From NCBI GenBank assembly GCA_963811105.1, contig CAWEPZ010000013.1, forward strand, positions 160,001 to 224,000: 64,000 nt of DNA, read 5' to 3'. Below the pieces are notes generated by a model. The model made no database searches, was not told the DNA's origin, and saw only the letters and a program-made list of their open reading frames with translations. This DNA is from Candidatus Bathyarchaeota archaeon (lineage in GTDB: Archaea; Thermoproteota; Bathyarchaeia; Bathyarchaeales; Bathycorpusculaceae). The stretch's first letter is position 1, and every line of letters begins with the position of its first letter. Positions 33,538 through 45,149 of this stretch are shown piece after piece. Both the position numbers and the translations under genes were made by a program.

Positions 33538-36418
33538 CTATTTTGTATTATGACTATAATTTTGGGTAATGCCCCAAACGGTGAGTTGAGCATTCCAGCG
33601 AGCCCCGTCATTATGTTCGCCGCCCGTAACTATCTCCGTGGAAAAGTCTCCGTTAACATCTCCAACAACAACCGAGTTTATAGTAGTGTCACCCGTCCAG
33701 AACCAGGTCTGGATGTTCCAGACTGATAGGTTTGATCCAGTCCAGACAACCAGCTGTGAATTCTCGAGTGCTCCGTCAAAATAGTATCCGCCAGTAACAA
33801 CCTCCATCTGGCCGTCGGCGTCAACGTCGCCTATATCAATCGAGCTTATGGCGGTGTCGCCTGTCCAGTACCAACCCGTAAGCCTGTCCACAGCCAAACC
33901 AGAGCCTGTCCACGCCACTAGCTGAGCTACATTTCTTGCGCCATCATTGTAATATCCCCCCTGTCGTTATCTCTATTAGGCTGTCGTTGTCAATGTCGCC
34001 AACGGCAACTGAGTTTATGGTTGTGTTGTTGATCCAGTACCAGGTTGTTAGGCGGTCAACTGCCAGATTTTGCCCCTCCCACTCGACCAGTTGGGCTACG
34101 TTGCGTGATCCGTCAAAGTATGATCCGCCTGTAACAACCTCCACTTGGCCATCATCATCGGCGTCGCCTAGTGCAACAGAATGTATGTAGGTGTTGCCGG
34201 TCCAATACCAAGCTGTTAGCCGATCTACCGTCAAGTTGGACCCAGCCCACACAACCAGCTGAGCCACATCCCTAGAGCCGTCAAAGAAGGAGCCGCCCGT
34301 AACAATTTCTGTTTGCCCGTCGCCGTCAACATCCCCAACGACCACAGAATTGATAGACGTATCGCCATGCCAGTACCAACTAGTGAGTCGTTTAACCACC
34401 AAGCTTGAGCCTGCCCAAACAATCAGCTGAGCCACACTTCTTGTGCCGTCAAAGTATGATCCGCCAGTAACAATCTCCACCTGCCCATCACCGTCAACAT
34501 CACCCAACGCAACAGAATTAATAGTGGTGTTTCCTGTCCAGTACCAAGTCGTGAGCCGCTTGACTGCTAAATTGGTGCTGTTCCAAACTGCGAGTTGGGC
34601 CACAGTGCGAGTGCCGTCGTAGTAGTATCCGCCGGTAACTATCTCGTTTTGCTTGTCGTCGTCAACGTTGCCTGACGCGAGAGAGTTTATGGTTGTGTGG
34701 GAAGTCCAGTACCATGCGGTTACCTTGTCTAATTTTAGACTTTCATGTGCGGTAACCCAATCATTCAACTCAAGCAGTTTCGCATCTTTCTCGGCATAGG
34801 GGAATGCGAAATCATCAATTGCCGGAGACAGATTCCAAAGTAGTGCCCCTGCGCCGCCTGCCTCTAATGTTAGGTTGAGATACTCAGCAATGCCTATGCT
34901 TGTGTTGTGAGTCGGATACTCTTCCAGACACCAAGGCTTTCCCGCCGGTATTAATGGAACATAATCAGACAAATTGCCCATCGATGGATACAGATGGAAA
35001 GCAAAATAATCTAGATTCAATTCCTCTACCAGAGACATGAACTTGATGGACACTCCAACCGTGACTAACTTGCCGGGTGCATATGTCCGAATTGCATTGA
35101 TGCAATCATCTATGAATGTGCGCCAAGGTTCAATAGGCACGTAATCATCTGCTCTTGTTTCTGTGTCAGCGTGTTCCCAGTCACCACCAGCATTTTGACT
35201 CAATATCCACTCAGGCTCATTCATTACATCAAACCCTATAAGAGCAGGGTTATCTCCAAACTCCTCCAAGAAAGGTCTCAAAAACTCATTCAAAAAACCT
35301 GTTTTCAAGGTTTCATTTGTGATTATCCCGCTCCTACCTCTAAGCCAAACTCCTTCAACAATCTCAGCCTTTCCAGCTATCAGGAAATCGACCAGCGTAA
35401 ACTCCACCTTAATGCCTTCTTCACATGCTATGTCCAAAAACGTTTTAACATCTTCACGGAATTTATCATTGTATCCAATCACATGACCTTCTTTATCGAA
35501 CATAGTTCTGCCGTCTGCCAACAATTCCACACGAATTACCTTTGCGCCAGCCCGCCGGAAATTGTCAAAATTTGCCCTTACAAAATTTGGATGCCTGGAC
35601 ACACCGTTTCCCCAAACAAACCAATCCGTCACGCCAAAACTCTGCCCATATGGCAATCCTCGAAAGTTGCCGCCTACCATAAACCATTTTTCGTTGTTCA
35701 AATAGAAACCGTCGCTTTCCGCAGAGATTACATCTCCAGTGGCGAATCTAGGTACAGGTGATGATTCCGGAAGCGGCGGTGGCTGGGTAAGTTCAAATGC
35801 AGGACTCACAGTTAGGTTGGTCACTTGTAGCTGACCGCTAAACCTTGCAAGGGAACCATTTCCAATAGCAAATTTGACTCCAATAATGATTATTTTTTCC
35901 GGGTCAAAACTGGAGGTTGCTTCGACGTGAGGCGTTAATGTCGCCTCAAATTTTCCGCTTTGATCTACATTAACCCATGTTCCATATTGTGACGTCCATT
36001 TGGTGTCGTTTTCTTTGGCGAATACTTGTAAACCGTTAAGTTTGCCTTGTTCTCCGACGAAACCAATCGGTACTTCTGCTTCCACCGTAATTGTTCTTTG
36101 GCTCATGTCGATTGGAACTTGATCTTCTAGACCGGGAAAATATCGTAGGTCAAGCCACACTTCACCTTTCTCGAGATTGCTATCATTTCCTATTAGATTA
36201 GCTGTCAAAATTAGTTTTCCCGCTTCCCAATGCACTGCGGTGATTCCTTGACTGTCAAAATAGTCTTGAGGTTGCCAATCCGCATTATTGCTTATTAGCG
36301 ATTGATTTGTATTTGTCTCGTCGGCTCTCACGTATTTAACTTGGTAGACTCCTTGGAAAAATGTTCCAAGTAACGCTAACAGTAATATTAGCGTTGTGAG
36401 TTTGTAGAGCTTTTTCAT
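33538..36418 (-). CDS. Secreted CBM-like domain, GH5-like (clan GH-A) hydrolase, C-terminal 7-blade propeller (frameshift in G run near 33958)
   Basis: Signal peptide; VMNEPEW acid/base, FHLY, LEEYP nucleophile; 7 repeats at about 33571-34714. Confidence 0.82.
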
Positions 36419-36509
36419 GAAATCGCTCCATTGTCTTGCCCGAATGCATCAACCTTAATCTCGCTTCGAGACGTGCGCATCTCCGCTTTCCTCCTTTTCA
36501 AAGCCTAAA

Positions 36510-38821
36510 CTATACTGTTTGTTTCATGCCCCAAACTACTATTTGGGCGCTCCATCGCAATTCGTCATAATATGCTCCGCCAGTCACTATTTCAGCTGAG
36601 AAGTCACTATTAATGTCGCTTAGACATACGGAGTTTATGAGAGTATCGCTGACCCAGTACCACGTTCGCATATACTCAGGAGCTAGGCTGGAACCGCTCC
36701 AAACAACCAACTGAGCTACGTTACGCGTTCCGTCATAAAAGTATCCCCCCGTAACGATCTCTACTCGGCCATAACCGTCCACATCGCCCACAGCCACCGA
36801 ATTGATGACTGTGTTGCCTGTCCAATACCAGTATGTAAACCGATCCACTGTCAAGTTGGACCCAGCCCACACAACCAGCTGAGCCACATCCCTAGAGCCG
36901 TCAAAGAAGGAGCCGCCCGTAACAATTTCTGTTTGCCCGTCGCCGTCAACATCACCGACAGCTACAGAATTGATAGACGTATCGCCATGCCAGTACCAAC
37001 TAGTAAGCCGTTTAACCACCAAGCTTGAGCCAGTCCAAACGACCAGCTGAGCAACACTTCTTGTGCCGTCAAAGTATGATCCGCCAGTAACAATCTCTAC
37101 CTGACCGTCAGCCTCAACGTCGCCTATGGCCACGGAGTTAATTACCGTCTTGCCAGTCCAATACCACGAGAGTACCCTTATTGGCGGCGCTAACGTAGCC
37201 CCATTCCACACCACAAGTTGGGCTACGTTCCTTATGCCGTCAAAATAGTATCCGCCAGTAACAATCTCCACCTGACCATCAGCGTCAACGTCGCCTATGG
37301 CTACAGAGTTTATTACCGTATTACTATTCCAATACCATGTCCTTAATCTTTTGACCGCCAAATTCGATCCAGACCAAACAACCAACTGAGCCACATTGCG
37401 CACCCCGTCGTAGTATGTTCCGCCTGTGACGATTTCGGTTTGCCGTCTCCGTCTACGTCACCTAATGCCACAGAGTTTATGGTGGTGTTTCCAACCCAGT
37501 ACCACGTGATCGACCGTTCAGGTATTAAAGAAGAGCTATTCCAAACAACCAGTTGAGCCACATTTCGAGTGCCGTCATAGAAAGCTCCGCCTGTCAAGGT
37601 TTCTTCTTGACCATCACCATCAACGTCACCGACAGCGACACTGTTAATGGTTGTGTTGGAGGTCCAATGCCACGTCGTGACGTTTAAGACTGACAGAGTT
37701 GGATTCCAAGGACTAATTAACGGATAATGGTCTACATTATTCGCGTCAATTACGTAGGGCGTGTCGCCAATTCCATCAAGATTTATATCATTTCCTTTGT
37801 AGTCGCTCCAATAGTTACCTTCTTCGCCTTTATCCCATGAATTGTTGGTACCACTAGATTCTACTTGCTTTGTGTTGTTTTGGAAGTTGTTGCGATATAA
37901 ATGCATATTTAATGTTTGGTAGACAGAGACGCCCTGCAAATTCCTTACTATATTGTTTGCAATTATACTGCTGTTACTAGAGGAGGGATAAAAATAGATG
38001 CCTGCTCCACCGTTGCTTGTCAAATTATTTCCGATTATCTTGTCGTTAGAAGAACGAAGATAAAGGCCTGATCCACTGTTGTTTGTAATGTTGTTTCTAG
38101 CGATAGTGTTATTTTCACCACCTTCAATCCAGATCCCAATGTTGTTGTTTGCTACGAAATTCTCAATGATAGTATCATTCAAGCCTCTCCAATAAAGTTC
38201 AAGGCCATACCCGTTGTTAATAATGCTATTTTCAGAAATCGTTCCATTCCAAAAATCATCAAGAAAGAGACCATAACTATTGTTTGTTACACTGTTACCA
38301 AAAATGCTATTCTGGCTTGTAGAGTCAGAGTTGACACCACAAACATTATTCATGATATTGTTCTTAGAAATTATGTTATTATTAGAATGCCATAAGAGAT
38401 TAACGCCATTTGTGTTGTTCAATATGTTGTTTTCAGTTATCGTGTTGTGACCAGTAATAATATCGGATTGGAGAAGGATGCCATTTAGGAATGTTTTGAT
38501 TGTCATATCCCTGACTGTTACGTTACTTTGTCCAGTAAGATTGATACCTGTTCCTGTTCCATTTCCCTGAAGCGTGTGGTTTCCGCCGTCAACCACGATG
38601 TTGCTTCGCTGAACCACAATCGGTGGATTATTTATGTCAGCTGTGAATGTGTAATAGGCGTTTCCAACATTGGAAATTGGTGCGTCTGGTGGGTCAATTG
38701 AACCGTCGGGTCTGATGTAGATTGTTCCAGCTGCCCTTGCTGGGTAAATTTCAAACACGCCTATTATCGCGTTTGCCGACAGAAGCGTCAGGATGGCCAC
38801 AGCAAGAAGTCTCTTCTCCAT
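36510..38821 (-). CDS. Secreted NosD/CASH right-handed beta-helix plus C-terminal 7-blade propeller (frameshift near 37440)
   Basis: IYIRPDGSIDP, Asn-rich NNxxGI repeats, GNYWSDY...GIGDTPY...DHYPL; 7 repeats. Confidence 0.85.
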
Positions 38822-38959
38822 TTCTCCTTCCTTCGGTCGTCTGATATATTATAGCTGGATTCTGCAGATAAAACTTGTGGAAGAATCAACTGTCAGCCTT
38901 CGGGGCCGTGCCAACTTATACCGAGCAGTCTCAAACGATTTATTTTGCGAATTAAAGCT

Positions 38960-39419
38960 GAGAAAGATAGCAATTCAAGGGTTCTTCCGCTATCAGAGAA
39001 AGTATTGACATGATTGCTAAACTTTCCAAGAACAGAAACACTCAGAGAAAAGAACAGCTGTTTGCTAACGCTGACGACGTGAGAACATGCTTTTTCCTGC
39101 AAAATAGACGAATAGCTAAACGCCAAGCCAACAGGAACACGATGAAAATTCACTTTCACACTTTCAGGCATTGGAAAGCAAATACTGAGCAGCATAAAAC
39201 TTAGGATCCCTGGCACGTGAAGATGATTCTTGGCCATAAAAGGTCAGGTCAACGGAAACTTACATACAACTTGAAGAAATGCTATATGATGGTCAAGATT
39301 ACGATAACTTTACTGTTAAAGTCGCTGACACAATCGACGAAGCAATAAGACTAATGGAAGCTGGCTTTGAGTACCACGCTGAAGCCGAAGGACACAAACT
39401 GTTTAGAAAAAGAAAATAG
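38960..39419 (+). pseudogene. Tyrosine recombinase/integrase C-terminal remnant
   Basis: IHFHTFRHWKA, in-frame stop, VKMILGHK, STETYIQL, EAGFEY...KLFRKRK*. Confidence 0.85.
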
Positions 39420-39662
39420 CCTTATCTGCTCCTACAAGACGCATATAATGGATAATACCAAAAGACCATGACCAACTTAAGGTATAATTTCGAAAGAATT
39501 ATTATGTGAATGACAATCGCCCAAATAGGATTCTGGAAAGCAGATAGCTCGATAAGATTACATTAAAGGAAATGCGGAAAGAAGTTCTTACCATATGTGC
39601 ACAAGCTGTAGGAACGGTTTCCGCTGTTTGCAGTCGCCAAGCATCCAAGTTAAAGTCGTGGG

Positions 39663-40035
39663 TTACCAAGCCCAAACGCACAACTGAGCAACTGTGCGAG
39701 TGCTATCCCAGTAGTCGCCTCCTGTTAATATTTCGTTCTTACCGTTAGCATCCACATCCCCAACCGTCACAGAATTAATGTATGTGTCACTAGACCAGTA
39801 CCAGGTTTTGACGTTTTTTAGTGCCAGTGTTGCGCCGTCCCAAACACACAATTGAGCAACGTTCCGAGCGCCATCATTATAGGTGCCACCTGTTATTATT
39901 TCGTTTTTGCCGTCAGTATCCACATCCCCAATACCGACAGAATTAATGAATGTGTGGCTTATCCAGTACCAGGCTTTAACATTTTTCAGCGTTAGCGTTG
40001 CACCATCCCAAACACACAACTGAGCACAATCCCGC
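39663..40035 (-). pseudogene. Orphan C-terminal two blades of the LCVW-type propeller
   Basis: AQLCVWDGATLTLKNVKAWYW...AQLCVWAW*; begins abruptly, no start or signal peptide. Confidence 0.8.
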
Positions 40036-40218
40036 TAATTCAAGTTTCTTTATTGTTGGTTGAAACGGATCAAATCCATTGGGTTTTAGTTCATATCTAA
40101 GCAAATTCTCTTAACCACTACCTAACCGTGGAGTCGTTCAATGCGTTGCTAGAACGCATGCTAGTCTGAATGGTTATTTCTTAAACAATTTTGACTGCGT
40201 GATACAAGTGTTTGAGGG

Positions 40219-42372
40219 CTATGGGTTAATGGTGATGTTTCCAATTGTTGCGCGGTTGCTTCCATCATCATAAAGACTTGGCAATATGCTCAGATGCTCT
40301 TTAGTTGATGGGTCCCAAATACCCATTCTTATGAAATAGGATCCTTGTAAGTTTTCAGGGATCGGAATCACATAGCTTTCTTGAAATATTTGATTTTGTC
40401 TCCATTTTGAAGTTTGAATTAGATTATAGATTGGTTTATGTTCTTCAGAAAAAACTATGGATCCGTTTTCATCTGTGAAATGCACATACACAGTGTAATC
40501 TCTGTTAATCTGCTGCATACATTGCCAATAATACGTTACAGCGAGCACTTTTCTTGATTGTACCTCGATGGCTGTAGCATTAAATCCTAGCAGTTCAATT
40601 CCTTCTCCAAAAAATATGTTTGTTCTCGTACAATTCGGTGTTTCGTTAAGTATCATCTGATGTCTGGCTTTGTTTCCGAAAATCTGAACTGTTCCCCAAC
40701 CACTTGGAAGAACAATAGAGTTAAGCAGCTCAAAAGCTTGTGTTTTGTTGTTGTATTCGTTGAAGAAGTTAATCGTATTTGCTATTTCATTTTCCTCCCA
40801 AAAAGTTCCAATAAATCCACCTTCTTGGGAAACAATAATGTCGCTATTAAATAGGTAAGAAAGGTCGCTTCCCCCAACGCCTTCAAGATTGTAGTGAAGA
40901 TAATCTAAGGCAATGTTGTACTCAAGAGGGCCGTTGACAACTGGATTATTCATTAGTACTCTTACACTTTTTGTTGTGCTGTTTTGTAAGTACTTATTTA
41001 TGGTGTCAAGTATTTCTCCTGATTTCAAATCTTCGTTCATGACCTTCTTGGCATACGGAGGGTTGTTAGAAGAATAGTCACCAAACAACTTGATCTCTCC
41101 AGCGGAACTTGTCAGTGATATCGTAGGCAAATCAACAAATCGGTAAGACGCCCCAAAAAAAATTGTTAATCCAATACTTGCAACAAGCAGAAAAGTAATT
41201 ATCTTCACAAATTTCGGTTTCTTGAACCGACTTGCCAATTCTAATAGTCCATATGCAGTTATTAGCGCTATTGCAGAAACCATTGGGAGCGTATATCTCG
41301 GATCCTTATTGCTCGTTAATGTGAAAATAATGTAAGGTACTACAATCGATGAAGCAATTAGAATCTTAGTTTCTCGTTTAAGATGAACTGTAGTAATGAA
41401 AAATGTTAAACCAATCAAGAAAAAAATGAAGTAAGGAAAAGATATTTGCAGGCTTATGAGCTTCACTAAGTAATACACAAATGAATTTAGAGATAATATC
41501 GTTGGGTCATTTTCTAATGCCCCAAAGTTGGCATATTCTGCAATACTTTTCACCATGCTTGAAAAATTAGCAATGTAGAAAGGAGCGGCGATAATTACGG
41601 CGCAAACTATAACGAACAGGAAATTAAGTGCCGTTAAGTGCTTTGGAGATAGCTGTTTTGCAGAGTTCATTTTGAACTTGGAGATATTGAACGAACTAAT
41701 CACAGAGGAGAACCAGTTTTTCACAATTGGAAAGGAATATACAATCAACGGCGGAATAGTAAAAAATACAAATGTCCATTTTGTTAACAAACCGAGACCG
41801 AAGACAATACCGTACAGAATCGAATACTTGCTATTTTCAAATCTATCTGTTTTTAGCATAACCCAAATTGCAGTAGTAACCATTGCAAGTAGCGGAAAGT
41901 CAAGTAAGAAGTCTCTTGAGAGACCAAAAACCATTGGTGATGTTATGAGAAAGAATGCTGCTAAAAAGCCAGTTGTTTCATCTTTTAGATATTTTCCAAT
42001 TGAAAATATAGAAAAAAGTAGTAGTACGACGAATGGAGCATTTTCAAAGAATATGCCAATATCAGAGGATCTGCCGAACAACACGTAGCCAGGTATCGCA
42101 GCCAAAGGAGCTAAGGGAGGATAAAAGCTATCTATTGATAATAGATGTTGAAAATCCAATTTCATAATAGATTCATGAAAATTCAAACTGACAGTAAAAT
42201 GATGTGCTTCATCCCAAATGAGAGGATATGTATCAGAATGTAGCCAATAAACCTCGTTAACCAACCAAAATACAAACAAAATAAGAAGCAGAATCTTGAA
42301 TTTTGAAATCCCTCTTAACTTTTTGACGAGGTAGTCTCTAAAAAATATTGTTTTGTCCCAAACTATTCTCAT
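40219..42372 (-). CDS. ArnT/PMT-like (GT83/GT39) GT-C glycosyltransferase
   Basis: WDEAHH, FYPPL, LLDFPL, LTKW, KDPRY; C-terminal VYVHF...IRMGIWD domain. Confidence 0.85.
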   Translation of the reverse strand: MRIVWDKTIFFRDYLVKKLRGISKFKILLLILFVFWLVNEVYWLHSDTYPLIWDEAHHFTVSLNFHESIMKLDFQHLLSIDSFYPPLAPLAAIPGYVLFGRSSDIGIFFENAPFVVLLLFSIFSIGKYLKDETTGFLAAFFLITSPMVFGLSRDFLLDFPLLAMVTTAIWVMLKTDRFENSKYSILYGIVFGLGLLTKWTFVFFTIPPLIVYSFPIVKNWFSSVISSFNISKFKMNSAKQLSPKHLTALNFLFVIVCAVIIAAPFYIANFSSMVKSIAEYANFGALENDPTILSLNSFVYYLVKLISLQISFPYFIFFLIGLTFFITTVHLKRETKILIASSIVVPYIIFTLTSNKDPRYTLPMVSAIALITAYGLLELASRFKKPKFVKIITFLLVASIGLTIFFGASYRFVDLPTISLTSSAGEIKLFGDYSSNNPPYAKKVMNEDLKSGEILDTINKYLQNSTTKSVRVLMNNPVVNGPLEYNIALDYLHYNLEGVGGSDLSYLFNSDIIVSQEGGFIGTFWEENEIANTINFFNEYNNKTQAFELLNSIVLPSGWGTVQIFGNKARHQMILNETPNCTRTNIFFGEGIELLGFNATAIEVQSRKVLAVTYYWQCMQQINRDYTVYVHFTDENGSIVFSEEHKPIYNLIQTSKWRQNQIFQESYVIPIPENLQGSYFIRMGIWDPSTKEHLSILPSLYDDGSNRATIGNITINP

Positions 42373-43089
42373 TTTTCACCAAGATACATATAATTTCAAT
42401 TATTTATTAATTGTGAGTTTTGCAAACCTCACTCGAATAATTACCTAGGTTCTGCTCCTGCGCTAAACTCTAACCAATAAACAAGATTGGCTAATTTTTA
42501 GATAACAAACCAGTGCTTACATGCCTTCAAAGAATGGTTATCATCGTTTACCAACAGCATAATGTTCTCAATTGAAAAGTTCTCACTATCAAGAGAGTTC
42601 AGATTATCTTTTAATCCTGCAATCCTCCAAAAAGAAACCCAGGATTAAAGTAACCGCTTGCAACATAAAGATATCATTTAAGAAAATGATTTGGATAGGG
42701 ATGCCGCTAAGAGACAAACAAGGGTTTCCACAGAAATCAATCACAGCTCTTACGAATTCCTTCATTAATATTTAGAGCCCTTGTTTTCGATTTGTATCAG
42801 TGTTTCATGACATTGTAGGAAAAACCCTTTATTGAAAACAATATAGAATGTAAGTCCGGGTTAGCACTCCTTTGATTTCAAGGTGAAGCGATAAACAAAA
42901 AGCAACATCGGTTCACTTTTGCCTTCAATGCTGAAGTCTGCTTTGTCAAAGAGACTAATAACCAAGAATTCTAAGTAGGAAGTATTCCATAATCCTTTCT
43001 AATTCCTCCTAACAACTTGTATTGTCCCACCAGATTTCGGAATAGATTTTAAAAGGTCAATAATATTTGTACAGAACAAGAAAATATGG

Positions 43090-44007
43090 TTGCTTTCGAT
43101 GATGGACAATGAAGTAATGGTAACAGTAGTGGTACCGACCAAAAACTGCGCCGATTCTATTGAAGAATTATTGTGCGCGTTGAAGCAGCAAAAGTATAGG
43201 AACTTTGAAGTGATCGTTGTAGATTCAAGCGATGACGAAACAGAAAAGATAGCCTCTTCTTACAATGTAAAGACCGTTCGCTGTCCATCCATGGGGTTGA
43301 ATATTGCCAGAAATACAGGTATTAGAGAAAGCTCAGGCAAAATAATATGTCTGACTGATGGAGATTGCACAATGGGACCCGACTGGCTAAGCAAAATAGT
43401 CTCCGAATTCACCCAAAATTCTCGAATAGGCTGTGTTGGTGGCAGCGTTCTTTCAAATAGCACTTCGTTTCTAGGTAGATATTATTCAGAAGCAATGATT
43501 CCAATATACCCAATATATTCAAAGCATTTCTTAATTGTTGATGAGAAAAAATTAGACCAACCTTTCGGGGAAGCACGATTTCCAGCTGGCTGCAATATTG
43601 CATTTAAAAGAGAAGCCTTGAACAGGATAGGAGGTTTTAACAGCAATTGGAGAAATGCTTGTGAAGAATCTGAAATGCTGTATCGTCTTTTAGAAGAGGG
43701 TTATTTCATCTCCATTAATCCGGAAATACTAGTTTATCATAGACCACGGCAATCGATTATAGAAGCAACTCGTCAAACATATTCTTACGGATTGGGAGCA
43801 GGAACCTTTTCCAAGACGGAAAACGGTAGAAGTCGATTCGGAAAAAGAATAGCTTCGGTTTTTCTAATGTATGGAAAGACCATTTTTCATTCAACAATAA
43901 CTTTCAAGAAAAAAGGTAACTCATCTGCCTTTCTATATCCCCTACTTGACTTTATTCTAGGAATAAGTTATTATTCTGGGTTCATCATGGCTTATTTGAA
44001 AAATTAG
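43090..44007 (+). CDS. Glycosyltransferase family 2
   Basis: VVVPTKN, VIVVD, ARNTG, TDGDC, GGF...EE. Confidence 0.9.
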   Translation: MLSMMDNEVMVTVVVPTKNCADSIEELLCALKQQKYRNFEVIVVDSSDDETEKIASSYNVKTVRCPSMGLNIARNTGIRESSGKIICLTDGDCTMGPDWLSKIVSEFTQNSRIGCVGGSVLSNSTSFLGRYYSEAMIPIYPIYSKHFLIVDEKKLDQPFGEARFPAGCNIAFKREALNRIGGFNSNWRNACEESEMLYRLLEEGYFISINPEILVYHRPRQSIIEATRQTYSYGLGAGTFSKTENGRSRFGKRIASVFLMYGKTIFHSTITFKKKGNSSAFLYPLLDFILGISYYSGFIMAYLKN

Positions 44008-44042
44008 TCGTAAACATGCATAATTGATATTTGGAGTAAGCT

Positions 44043-45149
44043 ATGAAAATCGTACATGTAACCTCAACATATTTTCCAAATATTGGGGGAATCCAAGTAT
44101 TTGTCAAAGAATTGTGCGATTCACTTTCTCTAAAAGGATTTGACGTTACTGTTTACTCATTCGACAGAAGAAACGGATTTTGTTCCAACGAGTGGATGGA
44201 CAATGTTTTGGTTAAAAGATACGCACCTTTGACTGGGGATCCAACATACTTTCCAACGTTGAGTTTTATAAGAGACATACGTAAAGAGACTCCAGCTATT
44301 CTTCATGTGCATAATCTTCATCACCTATTTCCCTCTCTGCTCTCTCTGATAAAAAAAGACAATCAATATTTTATTTTGCACCCGCATTACCATAGGTTCG
44401 GTCAGTCACCAGCCCGACAGGTTTTTCTAACTTTATACAAACGGATTTTACCGAGCTTAGTTTTAGCGAGGGCGAATGCAATAATTGCTAACTCGCTTTT
44501 TGAAAAAGAGATTTTACAAGAGGACTTTCCATCAAGTAACAACATAATAATGATACCCGAAGGGCTTCCTTTGAATGAACTCAAATTGGTCCGGTGGCGT
44601 CCTGAGAGTCCAGATAGTATATTATTCATTGGAAGCTTGAGAAAATACAAGAGAGTAGATATGTTATTGTACGCTTTCAAGTTATTGCTCAACAACGTAA
44701 AAGAACCTTTGAAGCTTGTGCTTGTGGGAGATGGCCCGGAGAAACAAAGCTTGACGAAATTGGCAACCGAATTGGGTTTGAGTAGCAAAGTGGTTTGGAA
44801 ACAGAACCTCAGCAGGGACGACCTCCTTTTGGAATACTCTAAGGCCCGAGTTTTTATTTCGCTATCATCTATGGAAAGCTTTGGTCGTGCAGTATATGAA
44901 GCGATTGCTATCGGAGTGCCAACCGTTGTACCGGCTACGGGCATTTTTTCAGAGTTAGTAAGTGAGGGTATAGTGGAAGGCGTTTTTTCATTGACGCCGG
45001 GATACATAGCAAAAGCCCTAATACGGGCAAGAGAAAAGTCAGTGTCTTCGTCAGCCGCCCAGAACCTTAACTTTCAGGAAATGGAAAATTACGTAAAGCA
45101 AATCGCTGATATTTACATGTCATTGGAAAGCAGGATGCGTGCAGATTAA
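44043..45149 (+). CDS. Glycosyltransferase family 4
   Basis: YFPNIGG, KYKRVD, ESFGRAVYEAIAIGVP. Confidence 0.9.
   Translation: MKIVHVTSTYFPNIGGIQVFVKELCDSLSLKGFDVTVYSFDRRNGFCSNEWMDNVLVKRYAPLTGDPTYFPTLSFIRDIRKETPAILHVHNLHHLFPSLLSLIKKDNQYFILHPHYHRFGQSPARQVFLTLYKRILPSLVLARANAIIANSLFEKEILQEDFPSSNNIIMIPEGLPLNELKLVRWRPESPDSILFIGSLRKYKRVDMLLYAFKLLLNNVKEPLKLVLVGDGPEKQSLTKLATELGLSSKVVWKQNLSRDDLLLEYSKARVFISLSSMESFGRAVYEAIAIGVPTVVPATGIFSELVSEGIVEGVFSLTPGYIAKALIRAREKSVSSSAAQNLNFQEMENYVKQIADIYMSLESRMRAD

Noticed and set aside
42420-43000. Possible degraded gene in the long AT-rich spacer
   Set aside because: No recognisable motif in the frames I inspected
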